64,000 nucleotides of DNA from Oscillospiraceae bacterium (GTDB lineage: Bacteria > Bacillota > Clostridia > Oscillospirales > CAG-272). Below are positions 50,891 through 61,177 of this stretch, piece after piece. Position 1 is the stretch's first letter; each line of letters opens with the position of its first letter. A model generated the notes under the pieces. The model saw only the letters and a list, made by a program, of their open reading frames with translations, did no database searches and was not told the origin of the DNA. The stretch is from NCBI GenBank assembly GCA_015064185.1, contig SVSS01000007.1, positions 1,444 to 65,443 of the forward strand. Direction: 5' to 3'. Position numbers and translations under genes: made by a program.

Positions 50891-51985
50891 TTATTCTGAT
50901 ATCGGCACGCACAAGAGATCAAGATCCCACGCAGGGAGCGAATCTTTACGCGTCAGATAAAAGCGGTACGCGGGAGCAAGCTCGCGCAGTAGTAGGGGGA
51001 GCGTGAAAAGATCCTCACTGCGGTGATAGCATGCCACCTTAAGGCGGGGGCGACACCGCTTGATGGTTTCGGCACTGCCGCGCAGTGCTGCTGCCTCGGC
51101 ACCCTCTACATCGTATTTGATGTAATCCACGTGCTCTCCTGCAAGCAGAGCATCGGCTGTGGCGGTTGCTACGGTGTTTTCACCGTCGGCGCGCCCCGTG
51201 CAAAGCCCTGCGTTGCGGTTGCCCGAGGCATCAAATGCCGCCTCGCCTACGGCATCAAATATCGCGGTGCGGTGGCAAACGATGCGACAGCCTGTAACAC
51301 CTGCAGCCCATTCCGAGAGCTTGCGATGATTTCGCCTGTCGGGCTCTGCCGCTAAAATAAATTCAAGAGGCGCTAGCGCCAGCATTTCACGTGCCGTGTC
51401 ACCGTTATAGGCACCGAAATCAGCCATGCGTCGCACGCGCGCAAGCTCGAGTATGCGGCGGTCGGTAAAGGGTGCATCGGTTGCCGCGCGCAAAAGGTCG
51501 TAGCGTCCCGTCAGCTTATATGCAAGGGTAAGATCAAAAATGCGTTTGGAGTTTTCATCCGAAAGCGACTCGCGTGCCGTGTAAAGTTCTTCCTTGTGCG
51601 CCGCGAAAAACGCCTCGTCGAACAGTGCGCCCTCGCACACGGGCACGTCGGGCACGAATAGGGGATATCGCTTTGCTACGTTTTCGATCAGCGCGAGCAC
51701 CTCGGGGCGCGCCGTACCGAAGCAAAGCAGCACCACGCAGCCGTTTGGGGGATAGAGCGCGCACACCTCGGAAAAAGAGCGCACGGGCATGCCGTGAAAG
51801 GCGTGCCCGCGCACAAACCCGTCGCTGGCAAATACGCCCTTGACGGCAATGTTTCTTTCTCCCAGGACTGCCAATATCTTATCCGCCCCATTTCCCATAC
51901 CGTAAAGCCATATATCGCGCGTTTCGGCTTTTAAGCTCTCCCATAAGGAGGGTAGGGTATGTAAGGTATGAAAGTTTGGCATCAT
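50891..51985 (-). CDS. FkbM-family methyltransferase with N-terminal Rossmann-like extension
   Basis: FGAYNGDTAREML... and ...IKYDVEGAE are FkbM-type motifs. The N-terminal ~130 aa (IWLYGMGNGADKIL...) looks like a nucleotide-binding fold. Confidence 0.7.
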   Translation of the reverse strand: MMPNFHTLHTLPSLWESLKAETRDIWLYGMGNGADKILAVLGERNIAVKGVFASDGFVRGHAFHGMPVRSFSEVCALYPPNGCVVLLCFGTARPEVLALIENVAKRYPLFVPDVPVCEGALFDEAFFAAHKEELYTARESLSDENSKRIFDLTLAYKLTGRYDLLRAATDAPFTDRRILELARVRRMADFGAYNGDTAREMLALAPLEFILAAEPDRRNHRKLSEWAAGVTGCRIVCHRTAIFDAVGEAAFDASGNRNAGLCTGRADGENTVATATADALLAGEHVDYIKYDVEGAEAAALRGSAETIKRCRPRLKVACYHRSEDLFTLPLLLRELAPAYRFYLTRKDSLPAWDLDLLCVPISE

Positions 51986-51990
51986 CAGAC

Positions 51991-52329
51991 TTAACCCATT
52001 TGTCCTTGCAGCTGCTTGCCGCCCAAAATGTGGAAGTGCAGATGCTTTACCGTTTGGCAGGCATCCTCACCGCAGTTGGTGATCACGCGGTAGCCGTTTG
52101 TCAGCCCCTCGTTTTTTGCAATCTCGGGAATTGCCTCAAAGATCTTGGCGACATACGCGCTGTTCTCGGCACAAATGCTGTCAGCCGAGGTCACGTGCAC
52201 CTTCGGTACGACCAATATATGCACGGGTGCTTGGGGGGCGATGTCACGAAAAGCGTAAACGCTGTCATTTTCAAACACCTTTGCCGATGGGATCTCCCCC
52301 GAAATGATTTTACAAAACAAGCAATCCAT
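51991..52329 (-). CDS. HIT-family (histidine triad) protein
   Basis: MDCLFCKIISGEIPS... and the HLHFHILGG triad. Confidence 0.9.
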   Translation of the reverse strand: MDCLFCKIISGEIPSAKVFENDSVYAFRDIAPQAPVHILVVPKVHVTSADSICAENSAYVAKIFEAIPEIAKNEGLTNGYRVITNCGEDACQTVKHLHFHILGGKQLQGQMG

Positions 52330-52338
52330 ACGGTTCTC

Positions 52339-53655
52339 TCACTTTACAAATTCATTAAAGATCGCGCTAAGCGTCTTCTCATAATCTTCTTCGTTGACAC
52401 CGATGATGATGTTAAGCTCGCTCGAGCCCTGGTCGATCATGCGAATGTTTACGCCGGCATTGTAGGCAGCATCAAAAATGCGTGCGGCGGTACCGCGTGC
52501 CTTTACCATACCGCGACCTACCACGGCAACAAGGCAAAGCCCGTCAAGAATTTCCACAAGGTCAGCCTTTACCTGACGCGTGATGCTTTGGAGAATGCGC
52601 TCGCGGCGGCCCTCAAGAGAGGAGGTTGCTACCACGATGCTCATGGTGTCGATGCCGGAGGGCAGATGCTCAAAGGAGATCTCGTTATCCTCAAGGATCT
52701 CAAGCACGCGACGGCCAAAGCCGATCTCGGCATTCATGCGGTCCTTTTCAATGTGGATGACGGAGAAGCCCTTCTTGCCTGCAAGACCTGTAATGACACG
52801 CTTCTTGTCGTAGCCTTCTGCCGCGGAAACGATCATCGTGCCCTTGTCCTCAGGGGCGTTGGTGTTACGAATGTTGATCGGAATGCCTGCATAGCGTACG
52901 GGGAAGATCGACTCATCGTGAAGGACAGTAGCGCCCATGTAGGAGAGCTCACGCAGCTCCTGATAGGTAATGGTATCAATGGGCGGGGGGTTGTCAAGCA
53001 GACGGGGGTCGCCCATCAGGAAGCCGGAAACGTCGGTCCAGTTCTCGTAAAGATCGGCATTTGCCGCACGCGCTACAATAGCACCGGTAATATCGGAGCC
53101 GCCGCGCGAGAAGGTTTTGATGGTGCCGTTGGGCATGCAACCGTAAAAGCCGGGAATAACGGCGTTTTTGTGGCGGCGCAGCTCCTCGCCGAGCACGGCG
53201 TTGGTCTTTTCCTCATCAAATGTGCCGTTCTCGCGGAAGAAGATCACGTTTTCGGCATCGATAAAGTCAAAGCCGAGATATTTAGCAAGAACGATACCGT
53301 TGAGGTACTCGCCGCGGGAGGCTGCGTAGTCACGGCCGGAGGCATGCAGCATGGCATTTTTAACATATTCGAGCTCGCCCGACATGTCAAAATTCAGCCC
53401 CAACTCGCGAATGATGGAGTTGTATCGCTCTTCGATCTGCTGATAGTATTCATCAATGCTTTCATGGTTACGGATCATCTCGTAGCAACGGTAAAGCATA
53501 TCGGTTACCTTTGTGTCGCTGGAATGACGTTTGCCGGGCGCGGAGGGTACAACAAAGCGGCGCGTGGGATCGGCATGAATGATGTCGGCAACCTGTTTAA
53601 AATGCTTGGCATCGGCAAGCGAGCTGCCGCCGAATTTTACTACTTTTGTTTGCAT
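52339..53655 (-). CDS. aspartate kinase
   Basis: VVKFGGSSLAD kinase motif and C-terminal ACT-domain pair. The ATG at 53655 follows AAAGGAG. A TTGACA-18-TATAAT promoter lies upstream. Confidence 0.9.
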   Translation of the reverse strand: MQTKVVKFGGSSLADAKHFKQVADIIHADPTRRFVVPSAPGKRHSSDTKVTDMLYRCYEMIRNHESIDEYYQQIEERYNSIIRELGLNFDMSGELEYVKNAMLHASGRDYAASRGEYLNGIVLAKYLGFDFIDAENVIFFRENGTFDEEKTNAVLGEELRRHKNAVIPGFYGCMPNGTIKTFSRGGSDITGAIVARAANADLYENWTDVSGFLMGDPRLLDNPPPIDTITYQELRELSYMGATVLHDESIFPVRYAGIPINIRNTNAPEDKGTMIVSAAEGYDKKRVITGLAGKKGFSVIHIEKDRMNAEIGFGRRVLEILEDNEISFEHLPSGIDTMSIVVATSSLEGRRERILQSITRQVKADLVEILDGLCLVAVVGRGMVKARGTAARIFDAAYNAGVNIRMIDQGSSELNIIIGVNEEDYEKTLSAIFNEFVK

Positions 53656-53731
53656 AGTGGCTCCTTTAATTAGAAATATCAAAAATTATTATATGATTTT
53701 TTATATATTGTTGTCAAGAGGATACATAAAA

Positions 53732-55663
53732 TTATTTGCCCTCGTTTTCAGCAAGGTAGCGCTCGGCCTGTACACGGAAAAGCTTTGCATATTTGCCTTC
53801 CAGATCCATGAGCTCGCGGTGCGTGCCTTCCTCTGCAACACGTCCGTTTTCAAGCACCACGATCTTGGAGGCTATTGTGGCGGAGGATAGGCGGTGCGAA
53901 ACAAACACGGTCGTCTTCTCACCGCGCAGCTCGTCAAAGCGGCGAAATACCTCCTGCTCGGCAAGGGGGTCAAGCGAGGCGGTGGGCTCATCTAAAATAA
54001 TGATATCGGCATCGCTGTAAAAGGCGCGGGCAAGGGAGAGCTTTTGCCACTGTCCGCCCGAAAGCTCTGTGCCGTCGCGATCAAAGTAGCGCATCAGATT
54101 GGTGTCGTATTGCAGGGAAAGCTCGCGAATAAAGGAGTCGGCGCCTGCACGGGTAGCGGCTTGCTCGATATCGCTTTGCTTCGCTTCCTGAGAAAGGTCA
54201 CCGAGTCTGATGTTATCGCGCACGGTAAAGGCATATTTGCCAAAATCCTGAAAGACGATGCCAAAGAGCCGACGAAGCTCCTTTATATCGTAATCGCGCA
54301 GGTCGTGACCGTCAAGCAGGATCTCGCCCTCCGTGGGGTCGTAAAGCCTTGTTAGGAGCTTGATAAGCGTGGTTTTTCCCGCACCGTTAAGCCCCACCAG
54401 CGCTACCGTTTCACCCGGGCGAAAGGAGAGGTTCAGCCCGTCGATCACATGCTTGTCGGTTCCGGGGTAAGCAAAGCTTACGTTGCGAAATTCCAACGTG
54501 TGCGCCGCACCCCGCGCAGGAATAAGCGGATTTTCCTTGCGGGAAACAACATGGCTTTTTTCCTTTAGGAAGGAGAGTAGATTGTCAATAAACAGCGTGC
54601 CCTCATAGATCGTTGCCGATGTGGTAATGAGGGTGGTAACAGAGCCTGAGATCGAGGACAGGGCCCCTGTGTAGAGCGAATAATCGCCAATGAGATAATT
54701 GCCTTGAAACACACCCCAGGCAATATATGCAAAGAAGAAGCAGGAGAGCAGGGAGGAGAGCAGGGCAAGTGAGATCTGCCAGATGTTTTCGCGCAGAATA
54801 AGACCCCTTAGGCCTTTATAATACTTGTTAAATACCGTGTTGTAGCGCGTAGTCAGCTCATCGCCGAGGTCGTACATGCGTACCTCCTTGGCAAGGTCCT
54901 TATTTACCGCAAGCTCTGAGTAATAATTCATCTGCCTGCGATCGATCGAGCGATGACGCATATAGGCAAAGGATTTGCGGCGATAGACAAAATTCACGAT
55001 CGCGGAGGGGACTGCGGCAAGCGCTATGGCAAGTGCGGCAAGGGGAAGCGCGGAGGCAAGGATCACAACGTAGCCTGCAAGAGAGATCACGGTGCTGATC
55101 ACGCTGAAGGTGGAGCTTAAGATCTGAATGGGACGGTTGCCCGCCTCGCGGTTGGCGTTTTCCAGCTTTTCGTAAAATGAGGGCAGGTCAAATGCGGAAA
55201 GGTCAAGCGCCTGCGCCTTGTTCATGATCTCTACCTTAACGTGGCGCACCACGCGCTCACCCGCCATACGTGTAACGGCGTTTGACAGGCGCATGACGAC
55301 CTTATCAAGGATCTTGTAGGTGAAAAAGGCGATGAGCAAAAGCAGCACCATAGAGCCCCAAAAGGCGGCAAGACCAAACTCCTTGCCAAACGCACTTTCG
55401 GTAATAATGATCTGCAATTCATTTAAGATGCGGCTTGAAATAAGAGCACCGAGCACGGGCATTAAGCCGTTGAACAGCGAGATAAAGCACATCAAAATCA
55501 AAAATGCAGGGCCGCTTTTCCAAACGATCGCAAATATGTAAAACAAGCGCGAGAAAAATCCGCCGAGCAGCTCCTTTAGGTAGCGGGGCAGATCCAAAAG
55601 ACCCTTGGGAGGTCTTACGCGGTCGTATTTATATTGTCCCGGGTGGAACATTCCTGGTCCCAT
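53732..55663 (-). CDS. ABC transporter ATP-binding/permease protein (MsbA-like exporter)
   Basis: 6-TM domain plus an NBD with GLNGAGKTT, LSGGQWQK and IIILDEPTASLD. Start at 55663 after AGAAGG (alternative at 55651). Confidence 0.88.
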   Translation of the reverse strand: MGPGMFHPGQYKYDRVRPPKGLLDLPRYLKELLGGFFSRLFYIFAIVWKSGPAFLILMCFISLFNGLMPVLGALISSRILNELQIIITESAFGKEFGLAAFWGSMVLLLLIAFFTYKILDKVVMRLSNAVTRMAGERVVRHVKVEIMNKAQALDLSAFDLPSFYEKLENANREAGNRPIQILSSTFSVISTVISLAGYVVILASALPLAALAIALAAVPSAIVNFVYRRKSFAYMRHRSIDRRQMNYYSELAVNKDLAKEVRMYDLGDELTTRYNTVFNKYYKGLRGLILRENIWQISLALLSSLLSCFFFAYIAWGVFQGNYLIGDYSLYTGALSSISGSVTTLITTSATIYEGTLFIDNLLSFLKEKSHVVSRKENPLIPARGAAHTLEFRNVSFAYPGTDKHVIDGLNLSFRPGETVALVGLNGAGKTTLIKLLTRLYDPTEGEILLDGHDLRDYDIKELRRLFGIVFQDFGKYAFTVRDNIRLGDLSQEAKQSDIEQAATRAGADSFIRELSLQYDTNLMRYFDRDGTELSGGQWQKLSLARAFYSDADIIILDEPTASLDPLAEQEVFRRFDELRGEKTTVFVSHRLSSATIASKIVVLENGRVAEEGTHRELMDLEGKYAKLFRVQAERYLAENEGK

Positions 55664-55844
55664 ACGACACCTTCTTTCCAAAACAAAATAATAAAAATAC
55701 ACAGTTATTATAACATAAGGAGAATAACGGCGCAAGCCTTACCGCTAAAAAAAGTGAAAAAGCATACAAAAATGCGTTGGCGACTTGATTTTGCACGGCA
55801 TTCATGATACAATAAAGGCAATTATCATAAAGAGAGGGGATCTT

Positions 55845-57101
55845 ATGTCTGCCTATTTTTTGCCTTCTGATATACTTTTGCCTGATTTTCATGCCGTAAA
55901 CGGTACTGCATGGGCAACCATTGCCTGCGATCAATTTACCGGTGAGCCGGCATATTGGAGCACGCTTGATGAAAGGGTAGGGGAGCAGCCAAGCACCCTG
56001 CGCCTTATTTTGCCCGAGGCATTTCTTGATGAAACCGAGGAACGCGTGCCCGTGGTACAAAAAAATATGGAGCAATATCTGCGTGAGGTTTTGGTGCGTC
56101 ACCAAAACCGCATGATCTACCTTGAGCGTGTGCAATCGGACGGCCGCGTGCGCCGTGGTCTTATTGGCATGATCGATCTTGAGCATTATGATTATAATCG
56201 CGGCAGTCGCACGCTGATCCGCGCTACCGAGGAGACCGTGCCTGACCGTATTCCGCCCCGCCTTGCCGTGCGCCGTGACGCGGTGCTGGAGCTACCCCAT
56301 GTCATGCTTTTGATCGATGACCCCGAGAGGACTGTCATTGAGCCGATCGCCGCACGTGCCGAAACGCTTGAGCTTGCCTATGAATTTCCCCTGGTGCAGG
56401 GTAGCGGTGCGGTGAGCGCAAGATTTGTGGATAGCGTTGGCATCGGCAGAATTGAAAATGCCCTCAACCGCCTTATTTCGCCCGAGCGCATGCGCACACG
56501 CTACGGTGAAAACGTTGCCCCCTTGCTTTTCGCCGTGGGTGACGGCAACCATTCTCTTGCCGTGGCAAAGGCGTCGTATGAGGAGATCAAGGCGGCGCAC
56601 GGTGAGAGCGCGCTCTATCATCCCGCCCGTTACGCGCTGGTCGAGGTGGTCAATCTTCATGATCCCGCCATTGAATTTGAGCCGATCTATCGCGTTATGA
56701 TGGGGGTAGATCCCGACGATGTGCTCTCCGAGCTTGAAAAATACTCCTTCTCGCTTCACGGAAATGCCGCACCGCAGCAGGCGCGCTTTCTTTCCGCCAA
56801 GCGCCGCGGTACCATGCACTTCGGCAACCCCTCCGCGCAGCTCACAGTGGGCACGCTGCAGACCTTTATCGATGCTTACATCAAAGCGCATCCGGGCGCC
56901 TCAGTCGATTACATACACGGCACAAAGGCAGTGGAAGCACTCTCCCGCGCCGAGGACGCCGTCGGCTTCCTGTTTTCGGGCATGGAAAAGGACGATCTCT
57001 TCCGTACTGTGATTTATGACGGGGCGCTGCCGCGCAAGACCTTCTCTATGGGTCACGCGGAGGACAAGAGATTTTATATCGAGTGCCGCCGTATTAAATA
57101 A
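55845..57101 (+). CDS. DUF1015-family protein
   Basis: MSAYFLPSDILLP...WATIACDQFTGEP... is typical of DUF1015. The ATG at 55845 follows AGAGGGGA. Confidence 0.8.
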   Translation: MSAYFLPSDILLPDFHAVNGTAWATIACDQFTGEPAYWSTLDERVGEQPSTLRLILPEAFLDETEERVPVVQKNMEQYLREVLVRHQNRMIYLERVQSDGRVRRGLIGMIDLEHYDYNRGSRTLIRATEETVPDRIPPRLAVRRDAVLELPHVMLLIDDPERTVIEPIAARAETLELAYEFPLVQGSGAVSARFVDSVGIGRIENALNRLISPERMRTRYGENVAPLLFAVGDGNHSLAVAKASYEEIKAAHGESALYHPARYALVEVVNLHDPAIEFEPIYRVMMGVDPDDVLSELEKYSFSLHGNAAPQQARFLSAKRRGTMHFGNPSAQLTVGTLQTFIDAYIKAHPGASVDYIHGTKAVEALSRAEDAVGFLFSGMEKDDLFRTVIYDGALPRKTFSMGHAEDKRFYIECRRIK

Positions 57102-57112
57102 TTTTCAGAAAA

Positions 57113-57166
57113 AAAAGTTGATTTGGCTTGTTGTTCTTAACCGAGCACAGCTAAGTCAACTTTTTT
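57113..57166 (+). terminator. terminator after the DUF1015 gene
   Basis: AAGTTGATTTGGCT...AGCTAAGTCAACTT followed by T6. Confidence 0.7.
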
Positions 57167-57195
57167 GTTTGCAAAATTTAAGCTGTGCGCGAGAA

Positions 57196-57228
57196 GTGAC
57201 ATGCTTTGCAAAAGAGGTGTGCTACAAT
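57196..57228 (+). promoter_or_regulatory. candidate spoIIG-type promoter (GTGACA - 21 nt - TGcTACAAT)
   Basis: A -35-like GTGACA at 57196-57201, a 21-nt spacer, and an extended -10 TGCTACAAT ending at 57228. It sits 20 nt upstream of spoIIGA. Confidence 0.45.
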
Positions 57229-57248
57229 GCAGGAGAGGTGAGAGAGAA

Positions 57249-58121
57249 ATGGATACCGTTTGGGGAGATCTCTTGTTTTTTGTCAATTTTTGCATGGACT
57301 TTCAATGCCTTTTTTTAACGGCTAAGCTGCTGCATCGCCCCTTCTTTGTGTGGCGCGCGGCACTCTTTGCGGCGCTTGGGGCGATCTATGCCGTTGCGGC
57401 ACTGTTTATACAAACCTCAGGGGTGGTTGCCCTTCTGGCCGACTGCGCGGTTTGCCTTTTGATGTGCGTGGGCACCTTTGCGCAAAAAAACTATCGAACG
57501 GTGCGTGTTTTTTTGCCCTTTTTGGTTTATTTTGGCGTGTCGTTTGCCGTTGGCGGTGCCATGAGTGGCATGGCGGCGTTGCTTTCGCATATAGAACTGC
57601 CCATTGGTACAAATGAAAGCGAGGTATCAACGGGGTTATTCTTTTTGCTTGCCGCGGCAGGTGGGATCTCAACCTTTCTTTGGGGCACAACGGCGCAGCG
57701 TCGTGCGGCACAAACACGTGCCCGCTTGCGCGCAGGCATAGGGCGCGCTGCTGTCAGCCTCTGTGCTATGGTGGATACCGCAAATTTTCTCAGTGACCCC
57801 ATCAGTGGCAAGCCTGTGGCAATCGTGTCGCGTGCTGCCATGCAAGAGCTGCTGCCGCAATCCCTTGCAAGGGTGGTTGCTTCAGATGATATTTCGGCAC
57901 TTGGAGGGCTTGAAGCAGAGGATGCGCGGCGCGTGCGTTTACTGCACGCGGGCAGCGTGACGGGGGAGAAGCTGTTATTTGCAATTTCGCCCGATTGGGC
58001 GTTTCTTGACTGTGGCAAGGGTGAGGTGGCGGTGGATCTGCTGCTTGCCCCTACTGCGCTACATATGGGATTTGATGAATGTGAGGCGCTTTTGCCTGCA
58101 GAACTGATAAGGGAGATTTGA
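57249..58121 (+). CDS. spoIIGA: sigma-E processing aspartic protease SpoIIGA
   Basis: [22 protein letters not shown] membrane N-domain and the [18 protein letters not shown] (DTGN-like) catalytic motif. Overlaps the sigE start. Confidence 0.85.
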   Translation: MDTVWGDLLFFVNFCMDFQCLFLTAKLLHRPFFVWRAALFAALGAIYAVAALFIQTSGVVALLADCAVCLLMCVGTFAQKNYRTVRVFLPFLVYFGVSFAVGGAMSGMAALLSHIELPIGTNESEVSTGLFFLLAAAGGISTFLWGTTAQRRAAQTRARLRAGIGRAAVSLCAMVDTANFLSDPISGKPVAIVSRAAMQELLPQSLARVVASDDISALGGLEAEDARRVRLLHAGSVTGEKLLFAISPDWAFLDCGKGEVAVDLLLAPTALHMGFDECEALLPAELIREI

Positions 58122-58822
58122 AAATGATGCCTGGGTTTATTCTTCGCTTGCTTGCGCGTATATTTCGGTGCCGTAAAGGGGTATATTATGTAAACGGCCC
58201 TGATGTTTTACCGGCACCGCTAACCCCCGAGGAGGAAACAGAGGCGCTTGCGCGTCTGCCGGGGGACGAAGCGGCACGCGCAAGTCTCATTGAGCACAAC
58301 TTGCGCTTGGTGGTCTATATTGCCCGTCGCTTTGAAAACACCGGCGCGGGGCTTGAGGATCTTGTTTCAATAGGCACGTTAGGGCTGATAAAGGCGATCA
58401 ACACCTTTTGTGCGGACAAAAACATTAAGCTGGCAACGTATGCCTCGCGATGCATTGAAAACGAAATTTTAATGTATATCAGAAAGCGCAGCACGCACCG
58501 CGGCGAGATCTCGATAGATGAGCCGTTGAACGTGGATTGGGACGGCAATGAGCTGCTGCTCTCCGACGTGCTTGGCAGTGAGGAGGACGGTGTTTCCTAT
58601 GAGCTTGAAAAGCGGGAGGAGCGCCGTGTGGTAAACGAGGCGGTGGCGGCGTTGTCGCCGCGTGAGCGCTTGATCATTGAGCTGCGGTACGGCTTTTCGG
58701 GCAAGCGAGAGATGACGCAAAAGGAGGTAGCGGACCTTCTTGGCATCTCGCAATCCTACATATCCCGCCTCGAAAAAAAGATCATTGCAGAGCTTCGCCG
58801 CGAAATTGCGCAAAAAATTTAA
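58118..58822 (+). CDS. sigE: sporulation sigma factor pro-sigma-E
   Basis: Pro-sequence [16 protein letters not shown]..., region 2 [16 protein letters not shown], region 4 [23 protein letters not shown] start overlaps the spoIIGA stop. Confidence 0.92.
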   Translation: MKMMPGFILRLLARIFRCRKGVYYVNGPDVLPAPLTPEEETEALARLPGDEAARASLIEHNLRLVVYIARRFENTGAGLEDLVSIGTLGLIKAINTFCADKNIKLATYASRCIENEILMYIRKRSTHRGEISIDEPLNVDWDGNELLLSDVLGSEEDGVSYELEKREERRVVNEAVAALSPRERLIIELRYGFSGKREMTQKEVADLLGISQSYISRLEKKIIAELRREIAQKI

Positions 58823-58841
58823 AGAAGTTTTTAAAAAGTAC

Positions 58842-58870
58842 TTGAAAAACACAAAAAGATGTGCTATAAT
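58842..58870 (+). promoter_or_regulatory. promoter of rpmE (TTGAAA-17-TGcTATAAT)
   Basis: TTGAAA at 58842-58847 and an extended -10 ending at 58870. Confidence 0.75.
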
Positions 58871-58903
58871 CAAGCGTAATTTCTAAAAAGAGAGGTGGAA
58901 AAC

Positions 58904-59110
58904 ATGAAAGCAGGAATTCATCCGACCTATGAAGACGTAAGCATCATTTGCGCATGTGGCAATGTTGTAAAAACCAAGTCTACCAACGGCGGGGAAATGA
59001 AGGTTGAAATTTGCTCTAAATGTCATCCGTTCTTTACCGGCAAGCAAAAGCTGGTTGACGTGGGCGGTCGTGTTGACAAGTTCAACAGAAGACTCCAAGC
59101 AAAGAAATAA
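58904..59110 (+). CDS. rpmE: 50S ribosomal protein L31 (zinc-binding type A)
   Basis: [16 protein letters not shown]...[10 protein letters not shown]. The ATG at 58904 follows AGAGGTGG. Confidence 0.93.
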   Translation: MKAGIHPTYEDVSIICACGNVVKTKSTNGGEMKVEICSKCHPFFTGKQKLVDVGGRVDKFNRRLQAKK

Positions 59111-59150
59111 TCGAGTCATTTCACGCAGTCGTGCCCGGCACGGCAGTATC

Positions 59151-59176
59151 GGGGGCAGGCTATCTGCCCCCTTTTT
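59151..59176 (+). terminator. terminator after rpmE
   Basis: GGGGGCAG-GCTA-TCTGCCCCC followed by T5. Confidence 0.85.
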
Positions 59177-59226
59177 CTATTCAGTTAAGACTGAAAAATC
59201 AGGCACGTGCTAAGGGAGGTGTCAAT

Positions 59227-60510
59227 ATGGAAAATCAAATGATCGAGGGCGTGCGCGCAGCGCTTGTCAGCGTGGTTACACGCGGCACGGGGGAGGATGC
59301 CGAGGTCAGCCTTGCCGAGCTTGAGCGCCTTCTTGATACAGCGGGCGGCGTTACTGTATTTAAAATGATACAAAACAAAGAGGCGCCCGACGTGCGCACC
59401 TATCTTGGCAGCGGAAAGACCGCGGAGCTTGCCTTTTATGTGGCGCGAAACGAGGTTACCTTGGTCGTGTTTGACTGTGAGCTCTCGCCCTCTCAGATCC
59501 GCAATTTGGAGGAGGCTCTTGGGGACAAGGTGCGAGTGATTGACCGCTCGATGCTCATTCTTGATATTTTTGCCCTGCACGCCGCAAGCGGCGAGGGTAA
59601 ATTGCAGGTTGAATTGGCACAGCTTAAATATACCGCGCCCCGTCTTATGGGTAAGGGCACGGAGCTTTCTCGCCTTGGTGGCGGTATCGGTACGAGGGGC
59701 CCGGGAGAAAGTCAGCTTGAAACAGACCGCCGTCACCTGCAGCGCCGTATTCGCATGCTGGAGCAATCTCTTGTTGAAATGGCAGAAAATCGACGTACTC
59801 AGCGCGTGGCACGCGACCGCTCGGGTCAGGCGCGCGTGGCGATCGTCGGCTATACCAATGCGGGAAAATCTACGTTACTCAATTACCTGACCGATGCAGG
59901 CATCCTTGCCGAGAATAAACTGTTTGCCACGCTCGATCCTACTACGAGAAAATGCCGCCTTCCCGGTGGCGAAACAATATTGCTCACCGACACGGTTGGC
60001 TTTATTCGCAATCTCCCCCATCATCTGATCCACGCTTTTCGCTCTACGCTTGACGAGGCTGTCAATGCAGATCTTTTGCTCATCATGGTTGACGCATCGG
60101 ATGCGCAGGCGGCTTCCCAGATCGAGGTCACCGAGGCGCTGCTGCAGGATCTTGGCGCGGGGGATAAGCCTGTTTTGTATGTGTTTAACAAATGCGACCT
60201 TGGTGTGGCAATACCCGGTGCTGTGCACGGGCGCGAAAACGTTATCTATATTTCAGCCGCAACGGGGCAGGGCGTTGAGCGCTTGCTCACACGCATCGAG
60301 GAAATGCTGCACGAGGGAAGCAGACGCGTGACGTTCCGTATCCCCAACGATAAGCAGGGGGCACTGTCGGTTTTGTACCGCAACGCAACGGTTGAGGATA
60401 TCCAATACGGTGCCGATGCCGCCATAGTGACGGCCATGGTGGATGCACGCGTTTACGGTCAGCTTCGTGTATATGATATTGATCCGCCAAAGGAGATTGA
60501 GGAATGGTAA
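59227..60510 (+). CDS. hflX: GTPase HflX
   Basis: HflX N-domain (LSPSQIRNLE, QVELAQLKY) plus G1 GYTNAGKST, G3 DTVGF and G4 NKCD. The ATG at 59227 follows AAGGGAGG. Confidence 0.9.
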   Translation: MENQMIEGVRAALVSVVTRGTGEDAEVSLAELERLLDTAGGVTVFKMIQNKEAPDVRTYLGSGKTAELAFYVARNEVTLVVFDCELSPSQIRNLEEALGDKVRVIDRSMLILDIFALHAASGEGKLQVELAQLKYTAPRLMGKGTELSRLGGGIGTRGPGESQLETDRRHLQRRIRMLEQSLVEMAENRRTQRVARDRSGQARVAIVGYTNAGKSTLLNYLTDAGILAENKLFATLDPTTRKCRLPGGETILLTDTVGFIRNLPHHLIHAFRSTLDEAVNADLLLIMVDASDAQAASQIEVTEALLQDLGAGDKPVLYVFNKCDLGVAIPGAVHGRENVIYISAATGQGVERLLTRIEEMLHEGSRRVTFRIPNDKQGALSVLYRNATVEDIQYGADAAIVTAMVDARVYGQLRVYDIDPPKEIEEW

Positions 60511-61136
60511 ATGACGATGTTTTTCGCACCGTTTCGGCAGATTGCGAGGCGGAAATTGAGGAAAAAAGATCTACCTTTATTGCCGCTGTAAAGCGTGTTT
60601 CCTCGGCGGCAGAGGCAGAGGCATTTGTTAAGGCGCGCAAGAAAATGCACCCTGATGCACGGCATACGGTGTTTGGGTATCTATTGCGTGACGGAAACAA
60701 GCGCTACGGCGACGACAGCGAGCCGCAGGGCACGGCAGGTATGCCGACCCTCAAGGCAATCGAGCAAAGGGGCCTTTCGGATGTGTGTGTGGCAACCACA
60801 CGCTATTTCGGCGGCATATTGCTGGGCGCGGGGGGCTTGACGCGCGCTTACGGCGCCGCCGCAAACAAGGCGCTTGAGGCAGCGGGAGTTGCGGAATTTA
60901 TACCGTTTACCGATGTTTTGCTTGACATTACATATCCCGATTATCAAAGGCTCTTGCAGGAACTGCCCCGTTTTGAGGCGCGGGAGCGCGGCACGGATTT
61001 TGCCGAGCGTGTTACGCTTACCGTTGGGCTGCCGGCAGAGCGCACAGAGGATTTTGTTGCCCGTGTAGTTGATCTTACCGCAGGCCGCGCAATTACGCAA
61101 ATCGGTCAAACACAACTAGATGCAAAGCCGCAATGA
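60504..61136 (+). CDS. YigZ / IMPACT-family (UPF0029) protein
   Basis: EEKRSTFIAAV, ARHTVFGY and DDSEPQGTAGMP motifs. 7-nt overlap with hflX. Confidence 0.85.
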   Translation: MVNDDVFRTVSADCEAEIEEKRSTFIAAVKRVSSAAEAEAFVKARKKMHPDARHTVFGYLLRDGNKRYGDDSEPQGTAGMPTLKAIEQRGLSDVCVATTRYFGGILLGAGGLTRAYGAAANKALEAAGVAEFIPFTDVLLDITYPDYQRLLQELPRFEARERGTDFAERVTLTVGLPAERTEDFVARVVDLTAGRAITQIGQTQLDAKPQ

Positions 61137-61139
61137 CAT

Positions 61140-61176
61140 AAAAAAGAACGGAGCCTGCATGGCTCCGTTCTTTTTT
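61140..61176. terminator. bidirectional terminator
   Basis: AAAAAAGAACGGAGCC-TGCA-TGGCTCCGTTCTTTTTT. Confidence 0.85.
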
Positions 61177-61177
61177 A

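Noticed and set aside
51976-53673. 565-aa ORF on the plus strand spanning the HIT and aspartate-kinase region
   Set aside because: It is entirely antisense to two genes with unmistakable motifs (HLHFHILGG; KFGGSSLA plus ACT domains). It has no RBS and a low-complexity, Gly/Val/Ala-rich translation. This is a typical shadow ORF produced by codon bias.
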